NCBI GenBank assembly: GCA_037388885.1
Contig: JARRJS010000001.1
Coordinates: 10,300-74,299, forward strand
Source of the DNA: Gemmatimonadota bacterium
GTDB lineage: Bacteria; Gemmatimonadota; Gemmatimonadetes; Longimicrobiales; RSA9
Direction of reading: 5' to 3'
Length of the DNA stretch: 64,000 bases
Within the stretch, counting starts at the first letter, position 1; each line of letters opens with the position of its first letter. Both the position numbers and the translations under genes were made by a program. The notes beneath the pieces were generated by a model. The model searched no databases. It saw only the letters and a program-made list of their open reading frames with translations, and was not told the origin of the DNA. Below, in pieces: positions 44,627 through 53,062 of the stretch.

Positions 44627-46144
44627 TCACCCCACGGCACGAAAGTACGTTTCCGCCGCCAGCGCGAACACGGCGCCGTCCGTTCCATAACGGCCCGCGA
44701 CCGGCGCCAGCACCGCCAGTGTGCGTTCCGCCACGTCACGTAGCGTATCCCTGCCGGTCACCGCGGCCAGCTCCAGGAAGAGCAACGCGGCTTCTGCATT
44801 TCCCACGAACGGCCGGTCCGGGTAGCGGAGCGCACCCACGTCCTCCTCCCCCGGTACGTGGTCGAGGAAGGCGCCGTCTTCGGCCCACAGGTGTCGTTCC
44901 ATGGCACGGGCGAGCCGCAGCGACTCCTCGGCGAGGTCCGGGCGGCTCGCAGCGCGCGCGACGGCGTTGCACGCCCGGGCCGTCGCCACGACATCCGCCA
45001 GCAGGCCCGACCGGCGTGGCTCTTCCACCTGGTGGAACAGCAGATCATCGGGCGCGGACATGGTGGCAAGAAGGGCGGTCAAGCCACGCTCCGCGCGGCT
45101 GATCCATTCCGGCTGGTCGAGAACCCGGCCCGCGTCGGCGAGGGCGCGAATCCACTGTCCGGTGGGCGACGTGTAGGCAGTCAGATCGACCGGCGGCTCA
45201 TCGACGGCGGCGCGGGCGTTGGCCTCGGACGCGAAATACTCCGGATCCGCCGCCTGGCTGGTGCCCCAGAGTCCGTCCTTGCGGGACAGCCGGGTCTCGA
45301 CCCAGTGAACGGCGCTCTCCGCCGCAGCGCGCCAGTCCGCACGGTCCCGCATGGAGGCACCCAGGGCGTAGGAAGCCAGGAACCCGGCTTGCGCGGACAG
45401 CAGCTTCTCACGACGCGGCTCGGTCCAGTCCGGCGCCAGGGCATAGCGAAAGAACCCGCCATCCACGTCGTCGTGCAGGTCGCCGGCCAGCATCCCGTCC
45501 AGCGTATGCTCAGCCATGGCCATGCGTTCGGGATCCTCGTCCAGAGCCGCCGAAAAGCCGAGCTCGATCACCGCCGGCACCAGGAACTTGGGCGCGTCGC
45601 CGAAGCCGCCGTTGCGCGCGTCGAAGGTATTCCGGAGCACGAGCGACACATCGTCCACGGCCTCCCGCCGCAACGGCTCGCGGTCACGGCTCTGTGCACG
45701 TTCCACCTCGAGCGCGTGTCGCCTGCGCTCGATTTCCGCCGTCAACTCGTCGCGTCGCTCGGCCCAGGCTGCCAGCACGGCCTGGGCAGCCGCCCTGAAC
45801 GGCTCCGGCTCGACGAACGTGCCCGACCACAGCACCTCGCCCGTGGGCGTCAAGAACGCCGTCGTCGGCCAGCCGCCCGCGATGTACCGGTCCTGGACGT
45901 GAGGTGCCGCGTCGCCGTCCACACGGACCGGCACGAGCCGATCATTGATGAGCTCGATCACGGACGCCTCCGAGTAGGTGGTCTCGTCCATGAGCGAGCA
46001 CCAGCGACACCATGCGGCGGTGATGGCCAGCAGCACAGGCGCACCGGACACGGCCGCCGTCTCGAAAGCGTCAGCGCCCCAGGGCCGCCAATTGATCTCG
46101 GAAGCCCGGTTCGGTCGGTGCGAGAAGCGGAGCGATTCAGTCAT
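44627..46144 (-). CDS. Thioredoxin-domain protein of the YyaL/DUF255 family (thioredoxin-like N-domain plus alpha/alpha-barrel-like C-domain)
   Basis: INWRPWGADAFETA...PVLLAITAAWCRWCSLMDETTY...GGWPTTAFLTPTGEVL is the DUF255 signature. Confidence 0.8.
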   Translation of the reverse strand: MTESLRFSHRPNRASEINWRPWGADAFETAAVSGAPVLLAITAAWCRWCSLMDETTYSEASVIELINDRLVPVRVDGDAAPHVQDRYIAGGWPTTAFLTPTGEVLWSGTFVEPEPFRAAAQAVLAAWAERRDELTAEIERRRHALEVERAQSRDREPLRREAVDDVSLVLRNTFDARNGGFGDAPKFLVPAVIELGFSAALDEDPERMAMAEHTLDGMLAGDLHDDVDGGFFRYALAPDWTEPRREKLLSAQAGFLASYALGASMRDRADWRAAAESAVHWVETRLSRKDGLWGTSQAADPEYFASEANARAAVDEPPVDLTAYTSPTGQWIRALADAGRVLDQPEWISRAERGLTALLATMSAPDDLLFHQVEEPRRSGLLADVVATARACNAVARAASRPDLAEESLRLARAMERHLWAEDGAFLDHVPGEEDVGALRYPDRPFVGNAEAALLFLELAAVTGRDTLRDVAERTLAVLAPVAGRYGTDGAVFALAAETYFRAVG

Positions 46145-46277
46145 GCGATGGCTCGATCAAGGGAGCGGGCATCGAACAATAGCCGGACCGGGGAACAGCG
46201 ACCAGCGGTCGTGAGCTCCGCGCCACGGTGGGTTCGGCAGGCCGCCACCTGCAGTGGCGCCAGCGGGCGTCGCCTGT

Positions 46278-46949
46278 CTACGGGAGATTGAACTTCCTGC
46301 TTCGCGCCAGGAATCGCCGGACGGGGAGATCGAGCACGCGAATGAGCAGCCGTTTCAAACCCCTGCCGATGGCGCCGGAGACGGACCCGCTGCCGGAAAC
46401 GGCAGGCTGCAGCTCGCCCTTGAGCCAGTCTTCCAGCTCATCGAGGTCCGACAGGGACAGGGTGCCGATCTCCAGGGCGGCGAGGTAGTAGTAGCGCCCC
46501 GGTTCCCCGGGCGCCATGGGCGGCACCGTCGGCTCCGCCAGGGCCCGGCTGGCTTCCCGGTACGTGGCGAACGTGTGCACGCTGTCGGTCTGCGGGTCCA
46601 GCAGCCGGTACACCCCGGAAAGCGGCTCGTACTGCAGCACGAGGGTCCAGCGGGAGCGATCGACCAGGTTGTCGAACAGCTTGTCGTGCCACAACTCGAC
46701 GGAGAACCGGAGCCTGAGCGGTAGTCCAGAATGGACGGCATCCCGCAGCGCCGGGTCATCCAGCGCGTTCCCCAGATGGAGTGCTGGCTGCAGGCCGGGC
46801 TGCTCCACGACCACCGACAGACCGGCATCCCGGCTTTCCGCCGGTGCGCCAGACTGCGCCTCGGCCACGGAGGCAAGCAGCAGTAACAGCGCCAGTGCAA
46901 CCCTCAAAGTCGTGCGTCGATGCGGATGAAGAAGTTGATGTGGCTCCAA
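46278..46949 (-). CDS. DUF4390-like periplasmic protein
   Basis: Signal peptide, then LPLRLRFSVELWHDKLFDNLVD...LVLQYEPLSGVYRL. An alternative TTG start at 46907 would form a TTGA overlap with the upstream stop. Confidence 0.55.
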   Translation of the reverse strand: MEPHQLLHPHRRTTLRVALALLLLLASVAEAQSGAPAESRDAGLSVVVEQPGLQPALHLGNALDDPALRDAVHSGLPLRLRFSVELWHDKLFDNLVDRSRWTLVLQYEPLSGVYRLLDPQTDSVHTFATYREASRALAEPTVPPMAPGEPGRYYYLAALEIGTLSLSDLDELEDWLKGELQPAVSGSGSVSGAIGRGLKRLLIRVLDLPVRRFLARSRKFNLP

Positions 46950-48601
46950 CTGTCACCCGAGAGCGGTACGGCCCAGTAGATGCCCAGTGGACCGAGCGCC
47001 ACGCCTGTGCCGACATCGCCGACGAGCCCGTTCGGGCCGGGCAGGCGCCCGGCCAGCGCCTTGTCCTCCACCCAGGCGCGCCCGGCATCGCCAAACAGGA
47101 CGAACTCCGCGACATCTCCGAAGTCGACATCCAGGCCGAGGCGACGGCCGACCCCCGGCACGATGGGGAACGCCAGCGAGTACTGGAGCTGGCCCAGCAC
47201 GAGGCGGTCGCACCCGTAGTAGGGGTAGAAGGTCGTGCCAGCGACGCTGACGGTGCTGGCTCGCGCGCCGCAGTCGAATCGCATCAGACGGTAGCCCGGC
47301 AACTCCCCTTCTCCACCCAACGTTTGCTGGCGTTGCGGCGGCAGCGCGCTGCCATCCGCCGACCCCGCCGTCAGCAACCGGAGCGCCAGGCGCTGACGCG
47401 GATTGATGCGCACGTAGCGACGCAGGTCCAGGTGCACCGATGTGAACTCCCGGTCCACCGGCATGGCGACGAGGGGGCCCGGCGGGTTCGTCGGCACCTG
47501 CCGGAGCAGGCGCAAATCACCACCCACACCCTGTTCCACCGAGGCGTCGACCAGCCAACCGGCCGACGGTTGGGACGGATCGTTTCGCGAATCGTACTGG
47601 AGCCGGGTCACCACGCTCTGGAGGTCGCCCTGCGCAACCAGCGGCTCCGGTCGCCAGGGCTCGTCGTTGTGCTGGAGTGCCCAGGGCTCTCTGGGCGCGC
47701 GATAGCTGTCCCGTTCGTTCAGGTATTCCACCGTGAGCGCCCAAGGACGCGCCCGCCCCAGCAGCTTCAGGTAGGCGCTCCACCCATCACTCTGGTAGTA
47801 GTCCCGGTAGTCGGTGTGGAGCAGGAACGTCGTCAGCGAGTTCTCGGCGTTGGACAGGCCGGACCGCTGGATGGGATTGATGACCGAACGGAGGGCCAGC
47901 CCGAACAACGCCGCTCGGTGGCCACCGAGGTACTGCTCCGCCTTCACGTCCCAACCGAACTCGTTGGGTCGGAAGCTGATGCCCGATTGCGTACGGTAGA
48001 TGAGCCGTCCGTCCAGGACCGTCGGGTTCGCGCCACCGAGCTCGATCCGGGGACCGAACGCAACGGGCAATCCCTCCACACGGTTGTAGCTTCCACGAAC
48101 CGCAAGCGTCAGGTCTGCGCGCCCGAAGGAGAACCGGCGACCGGCGCTGAGCGGCGAGCCGCGTGCACCGGACTCCGCGATCAAGTGGCCTCCCTCCCTG
48201 CGGAACGACAGCGGCCCGTCGTACACGTGGATGTCGCCGTCCACGCGGCCGAGCGGGAGCCCGCGTAGCGCGCCCCCCACCACGAGCACCGACCCGGTGA
48301 TGTGGCCACCCGGCTCCAGTTGCAGATCCCCGTTGATGACCAGCACGCGGCCCTCCACGGTCCCGGCGACCACGAACGGACCTTGCAGCACAGCGACATC
48401 GCCCACCAGCTCGGCATCCGGCGCAAGCCGGGTTTCACCCGCCAGCCGGGTGGTGCCGGGCGCGTTGTAGAGGTTCACAGCCTCCTGAGCCACCGTCGCC
48501 GGCAACGGGCCGGCAGATGGCACTTGTTCCTGCGCCGCCAGCGGGGCAGCGATCAGCGCTGCGGCAAGCACGCTCCATCGAACGGTCGGGTGTCGGTTCA
48601 T
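46904..48601 (-). CDS. Outer-membrane Omp85/surface-antigen-like barrel with an N-terminal bactofilin-like beta-helix region instead of POTRA domains
   Basis: Signal [69 protein letters not shown] is a polymer-forming/bactofilin-like repeat. The C-terminal [20 protein letters not shown] and terminal FFIRIDARL are Omp85-barrel-like. Confidence 0.6.
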   Translation of the reverse strand: MNRHPTVRWSVLAAALIAAPLAAQEQVPSAGPLPATVAQEAVNLYNAPGTTRLAGETRLAPDAELVGDVAVLQGPFVVAGTVEGRVLVINGDLQLEPGGHITGSVLVVGGALRGLPLGRVDGDIHVYDGPLSFRREGGHLIAESGARGSPLSAGRRFSFGRADLTLAVRGSYNRVEGLPVAFGPRIELGGANPTVLDGRLIYRTQSGISFRPNEFGWDVKAEQYLGGHRAALFGLALRSVINPIQRSGLSNAENSLTTFLLHTDYRDYYQSDGWSAYLKLLGRARPWALTVEYLNERDSYRAPREPWALQHNDEPWRPEPLVAQGDLQSVVTRLQYDSRNDPSQPSAGWLVDASVEQGVGGDLRLLRQVPTNPPGPLVAMPVDREFTSVHLDLRRYVRINPRQRLALRLLTAGSADGSALPPQRQQTLGGEGELPGYRLMRFDCGARASTVSVAGTTFYPYYGCDRLVLGQLQYSLAFPIVPGVGRRLGLDVDFGDVAEFVLFGDAGRAWVEDKALAGRLPGPNGLVGDVGTGVALGPLGIYWAVPLSGDSWSHINFFIRIDARL

Positions 48602-49923
48602 CGGTCGATCCCCAGTCGGCGCATACGGCGATAAAGGTTGGGGCGGTCGGTTCGGAGGCTGCGCGCGGCTTCGGCCACGTTGCCGCGGGCCGTTTCCAGG
48701 GCGTCAAGGATCAGACGCCGCTCCTCCGCATCCAAATGGTCCGTCAGGCTCCGGGTCGGCTCCCCTCGCGGGATCATCGGTCCGATCTCGCCTGCACCCA
48801 CCATCCCGCCCGGATACAGGATTGCGAGGCGCTCGCACACGTTGGCCAGCTCCCGCACGTTGCCCGGCCAGTCGTAGCGCCGGAGCAGTTCGAGGGCGTC
48901 GTCCTTCATGGTCGGCGGATCCAGGCCCTGGCGTGCCCGCAATCGGCTGGACAGGTGGTCCACGAGGGCCGGGATGTCATCCACGCGGTCCTTCAATGCA
49001 GGCAGGTGGATCGGCACGACGTTCAACCGGTAATACACATCCTGTCGGAACCGGCCCGCTTCCATTTCCTGCTCCAGGTCCCGGTTCGTGGCGGCGATGA
49101 CGCGCACGTTCACCGGGATGGGACGCTTGCCGCCCACCCGCTCGATCTCGTGCGCCTCGAGCGCACGCAGCAGCTTGGCTTGTGCTTCCGGACCCAGCTC
49201 CGCGACTTCGTCCAGGAACAGCGTGCCTCCGTCCGCCAGCTCGAAACGGCCCCGGTGCCGGGACGTCGCGCCCGTGAATGCCCCCTTCTCATGGCCGAAC
49301 ATTTCCGACTCGATGAGCTCTCTCGGGATAGCGGCGCTGTTTACCCGCACGAACGGGCCTTCCGCACGCCGCGACAGCGAATGCAACGCTTCGGCCGCCA
49401 GCTCCTTGCCGGTCCCGCTCTCACCCGTGAGGAGCACGCGAGCTTCCGTAGGCGCCGCCTGTTGAATCAGCTCACGCGTGCGCACCATGAGATCGCTGTC
49501 CCCCACCAGCTCCTGCAATGAGCCCCGCTGCTGCAAGGCCGCGGTGGTCAGGTCCCGGGCCCGCCGCAGCTCCACCGCGCCCTTCACCGTCATCAGCACC
49601 GCCTCCGGCGTCAGCGGCTTCTCGATGAAATGGAACGCGCCCAGCTTCGTGGCTTCCACGGCATCCTGCAGGGTCGCCCGTCCACTGATCATGACTACGG
49701 GCAGCTCCGGCCGCCTCTCGCGCAACGCCCGCAGAACGTCCATACCGCTCATGCCGGGCATGGCCAGGTCCAGCAGCACCACGTCGGGATCTTCCGCGTC
49801 AGCCTGCTCCAGCGCCTGTCGGCCGCCGTCGGCCTCCATGGTGTGATACGATTCTCCCTGCAACAGGCGGCCAAGCATGCGGCGGATGTTCGCCTCGTCG
49901 TCGACGATCAGCACGGAAGGCAT
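48598..49923 (-). CDS. Sigma-54-dependent response regulator (REC, AAA+ sigma-54 activator, Fis-type HTH; NtrC/NtrX family)
   Basis: Receiver [14 protein letters not shown]. Walker [15 protein letters not shown] loop. RVIAATN. C-terminal [29 protein letters not shown]. Confidence 0.93.
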   Translation of the reverse strand: MPSVLIVDDEANIRRMLGRLLQGESYHTMEADGGRQALEQADAEDPDVVLLDLAMPGMSGMDVLRALRERRPELPVVMISGRATLQDAVEATKLGAFHFIEKPLTPEAVLMTVKGAVELRRARDLTTAALQQRGSLQELVGDSDLMVRTRELIQQAAPTEARVLLTGESGTGKELAAEALHSLSRRAEGPFVRVNSAAIPRELIESEMFGHEKGAFTGATSRHRGRFELADGGTLFLDEVAELGPEAQAKLLRALEAHEIERVGGKRPIPVNVRVIAATNRDLEQEMEAGRFRQDVYYRLNVVPIHLPALKDRVDDIPALVDHLSSRLRARQGLDPPTMKDDALELLRRYDWPGNVRELANVCERLAILYPGGMVGAGEIGPMIPRGEPTRSLTDHLDAEERRLILDALETARGNVAEAARSLRTDRPNLYRRMRRLGIDR

Positions 49924-49929
49924 CGTCGT

Positions 49930-50661
49930 CTACCGCAACACGACGAGGTGCGCGACCACCGGCCTGCCGAGCGCGTCGATCGGTCGAGCCGAGTCGCAAG
50001 CCAGGCGTGCTTCGGGCCCATAGAACAGACGCAGGTGCGGTCCTTGTGCGCGAGCTGCGTCCCGGTCTCCAGGGCCGTCCATGCACCGACGCGCGTCGGT
50101 GAAGGCGGGCGCCAGCATGGTGGCGACACTGTCCGCCGCGGGCTCCGTCTCCGCCGCGACACCGATCATCACGGCGGACGTCGCGTCCACATCAGTGGCG
50201 AGGTAGCGGAGCAGCCGGTGCACCATCGGGCGCGCCGCCGACGCGTCGGCGATGTGCATCGCCAACAGGTCCAACGCCCGCTCCTTGCCCACACGGTAGA
50301 GCGCATCGTGCAACGTGAACTGGCCGGCCTCATAGACCAGCACGAGGGTCGTGTCACCGATCGGTTCGGGACCCAGGAACCCCAGCAGGACACCGCCCGC
50401 ATCGCCCGGGCCGCTCAAGGTCAGTCCGGTGCGGCGTGCTACGGCCCGGAACCACGCGCTGTCCGCTCGCACGGCCAGAAGTGCCATCTGAGCGCCGGCT
50501 TCCCTGATAAGCGTTGCCACGGCTTCCGGCGTCGCATCGGCAGGCTCGTATGCGGCCAGCACGGCAGACTGTTCAGGTCCGGAATGCCCCACCCGCACGG
50601 CACACGCCGTCGACGCGGCCGTCAGGGCAACGAACAACGCAACAGACAAAATCCGTTTCAT
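49930..50661 (-). CDS. Hypothetical lipoprotein encoded between the sensor kinase and response regulator genes
   Basis: MKRILSVALFVALTAASTAC is a signal with lipobox. ATGA overlap with the kinase stop. It is the only plausible part of the 649-codon ORF in the track. Confidence 0.6.
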   Translation of the reverse strand: MKRILSVALFVALTAASTACAVRVGHSGPEQSAVLAAYEPADATPEAVATLIREAGAQMALLAVRADSAWFRAVARRTGLTLSGPGDAGGVLLGFLGPEPIGDTTLVLVYEAGQFTLHDALYRVGKERALDLLAMHIADASAARPMVHRLLRYLATDVDATSAVMIGVAAETEPAADSVATMLAPAFTDARRCMDGPGDRDAARAQGPHLRLFYGPEARLACDSARPIDALGRPVVAHLVVLR

Positions 50662-52007
50662 GAATGGTTGTCCTCTTCCCGGGTCCCCAGTGCACCGGCC
50701 GCCGGATCGGACACGCCGACGGGCAGCAGCACCCGGAACGCCGCTCCACCCTCGGGCCGATTGCCCGCATGCACGAGTCCTCCGTGCGCTTCCACCGCCT
50801 GACGCACCAGTGCCAGACCCAACCCCGTGCCCCGGGACTTCGTCGTGAAGTCCGGGTCGAAGATGCGGTCGGTCCCATCTGCCGGTAGACCGGGGCCGTT
50901 GTCGGCAACGACGACTTCGACCCAATCGCCTGGCAGCGCCACGCCACTCGGGCTCGAGCCCCGGCCTGCTGCCCCGTCGGTGTGATCCAACCGTGCGACG
51001 GTCACCCGGACGTGGCCGTGCCTGGTCTCCACCAGGGCATCGGCCGCATTCCGCAACAAGTTCCGGAAAGCGCGCAGCAGTGCATCGTAATGCCCGTCCA
51101 CCATCGGGACATCCGGTTCCACCAGAACTTCCCGTTCGATCTCCGGCTTCAGGTCGGAATCCGCCAGTGACACCAGGAGCTCCCCCAAGTCCACCGGGCT
51201 GGTGGGTCCCTCCGGCGGGCGCCCCAGCGCAGCGAACTGCTGGGCCAGCTGCTCCAGCCGATCCACTTCCTCCCCGATCACCGCAATCGGCTCCTGGAAC
51301 GTGGGCTCCCCTTCCGCAGCGATGCGATGTGCGGCGAGGCGGAGCGGCGTGAGCGGGTTCTTCATCTCGTGCGCCACCCGTCGGGCCATCTCGCCCCAGA
51401 TCCGCACTCGCTCCGCTTCCAACGCCCGCGCCCGCGCCACCCGGAGGTTCCGCGCCGCCGTCCGCAGCGCGTCGCGCAGCACGCGGATCTCCTTCAACTC
51501 GCGCCGCTCGCCCTTCCCGGGCTCCGGCAGCGACTCGTCGCTCGATAATCGTTCCGCCCACTGGACGAGCTCCGCCACCGGCCGTGCGATCTGGCGTGCG
51601 AGCGAGCGGCTGGCGCCCAGGCCCAGGAGCGCCAACAGCACGGCCAAGGCGAGGGCGACGTAGGGCAACGTGTCGGTCAGGCGCTGACCCAGGTACGCCC
51701 AACGACGCGCCAACAGCAGCGATTCGGACAGAACCGCCCGATGCCGCTCCGCCGCGCGCTGCGTCGCCGGTCCCGTTTCGCCCGCCTCCACCCGCTGGAC
51801 CAGCTCCCGCCCCGTTCGGGCCACGTCCTCCCATGGACCCAGCCCGCCGGCCAGGTCCAGGGTCCCCGAAACCAGCCACGCACCCGCCCCCACCAACAGC
51901 AGGGCAGGCACGAGGGAAAGCACCAGGAACCAGGCGAACAGGCGCCGTTCCAGCGTCCTATGCCGTAGCAGGCTGCCCTTTCGTCTCACGCTCGCCTCGC
52001 TTGACAC
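50658..52007 (-). CDS. Sensor histidine kinase (2 TM, HAMP, HisKA, HATPase_c; NtrY-like)
   Basis: H-box MARRVAHEMKNPLTPL, N-box LLRNAADAL, G1 VADNGPGLP and G2 GTGLGLALV. Confidence 0.9.
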   Translation of the reverse strand: MSSEASVRRKGSLLRHRTLERRLFAWFLVLSLVPALLLVGAGAWLVSGTLDLAGGLGPWEDVARTGRELVQRVEAGETGPATQRAAERHRAVLSESLLLARRWAYLGQRLTDTLPYVALALAVLLALLGLGASRSLARQIARPVAELVQWAERLSSDESLPEPGKGERRELKEIRVLRDALRTAARNLRVARARALEAERVRIWGEMARRVAHEMKNPLTPLRLAAHRIAAEGEPTFQEPIAVIGEEVDRLEQLAQQFAALGRPPEGPTSPVDLGELLVSLADSDLKPEIEREVLVEPDVPMVDGHYDALLRAFRNLLRNAADALVETRHGHVRVTVARLDHTDGAAGRGSSPSGVALPGDWVEVVVADNGPGLPADGTDRIFDPDFTTKSRGTGLGLALVRQAVEAHGGLVHAGNRPEGGAAFRVLLPVGVSDPAAGALGTREEDNHS

Positions 52008-52293
52008 CCGTTTGCGGGCTGGTTTAGCTTGGATACGTGGTGCTTGTCACCGCGTCAATGCAGTGCCAGGCGCCCATTTCCGGGCCGTGACCCCAGTCCG
52101 CTGTTCCGTAACCGCTGTCGTGGGCCCAACCTCTTCCGGCTCCGCCAGTAAACGCATACACGAATTCCGCGGAGACGCGGCGAATCCGTAGCGAGACCGG
52201 GCCAAATCCTTGTACGAGGGCAAGGTAGACACCGGATCTTCGCCCGAGCAAGGCTGGAACACGGACGGGCCGTCGGCCCGCGGGAGGTACGTC

Positions 52294-53028
52294 ATGATCC
52301 TGCCCAACGTGCGTGCGTCGTTCGGCCGCGTCGAAGCCGGCTTCATACTGGGCATCCTGGCTGGCGGCGACAGCGACGTTCGCCGGAACCTGGACGACCG
52401 ACTCCGGGACGACGGTTTCGACGGCATTCTGGACGATCCCCGGACCCTCAATGCCGTGCTCACGGAGCCACGTGCACGCGGCCTCACGCCCGGCCTGTTC
52501 TTCTACGTTCTCGTCCGCCACGCACTACTGGAAAGCGGCGTCGATGACCGCACGCTGGCGGACTACATCGCGGCCATGCTGCTGGAGTTCGGGCGGGAGG
52601 ACCGGGCGTACCGTATCGACGCGTCGGACGGCGAGACGTACTTCTATCTGGTAGACATCGTGGGCGCGCTCGAGTCCGCCAAAGGGCGCCGCGCGTTCCT
52701 GCTCCAGGTGCACCTCGGGGACTTCGCCCTCTGGCTGAGCGGCATGTTCCCCGATGCCATCATGGAGCGCACGCTACGCCGTGGCGCGCCCGGCCTGAAG
52801 TACTATGAAGAGATGGGATCCACCGGGTATCGTCTGGCCGCCGAGATGCGTCAGGCGGGCGACTCGGGCCTCGACGGCGTGTATCGACGCTGTGCCACGA
52901 TCTTCCCGGATGTGCGGGTCGCGCTCAACCACATTTCGGATCGCTACCTCTTCCGCGAGCGAGGCGATCGCGTCAATCGGCTGCTGCGCCAGGTGCGGGA
53001 CCGGTTCAAGGAACGACCGGGGCGCTGA
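52294..53028 (+). CDS. Hypothetical protein
   Basis: The ATG at 52294 has GGGAGG 6 nt upstream. I recognise no domain. The track ORF starts at a TTG at 52210. Confidence 0.5.
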   Translation: MILPNVRASFGRVEAGFILGILAGGDSDVRRNLDDRLRDDGFDGILDDPRTLNAVLTEPRARGLTPGLFFYVLVRHALLESGVDDRTLADYIAAMLLEFGREDRAYRIDASDGETYFYLVDIVGALESAKGRRAFLLQVHLGDFALWLSGMFPDAIMERTLRRGAPGLKYYEEMGSTGYRLAAEMRQAGDSGLDGVYRRCATIFPDVRVALNHISDRYLFRERGDRVNRLLRQVRDRFKERPGR

Positions 53029-53062
53029 CGGCTGCGCATCGCCAAGACGGCCGCATCCTCCA

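Noticed and set aside
49930-51879. The 649-codon minus-strand ORF spanning the kinase gene in another frame.
   Set aside because: The 5' two-thirds overlaps the clearly motif-bearing kinase frame (50658-52007) and is Gly/Arg/Ala-rich. Only the part from the ATG at 50661 (MKRILSVAL, lipoprotein signal) is credible.
52054-52069. Sigma-54-type promoter (TGGCAC-N5-TTGA) about 45 nt upstream of the NtrY-like kinase gene (minus strand).
   Set aside because: The -24 TGGCAC is perfect. The -12 element reads TTGA, one nucleotide too close, and lacks the conserved GC. TGGCAC alone is expected many times by chance in this composition. It is not strong enough to call.
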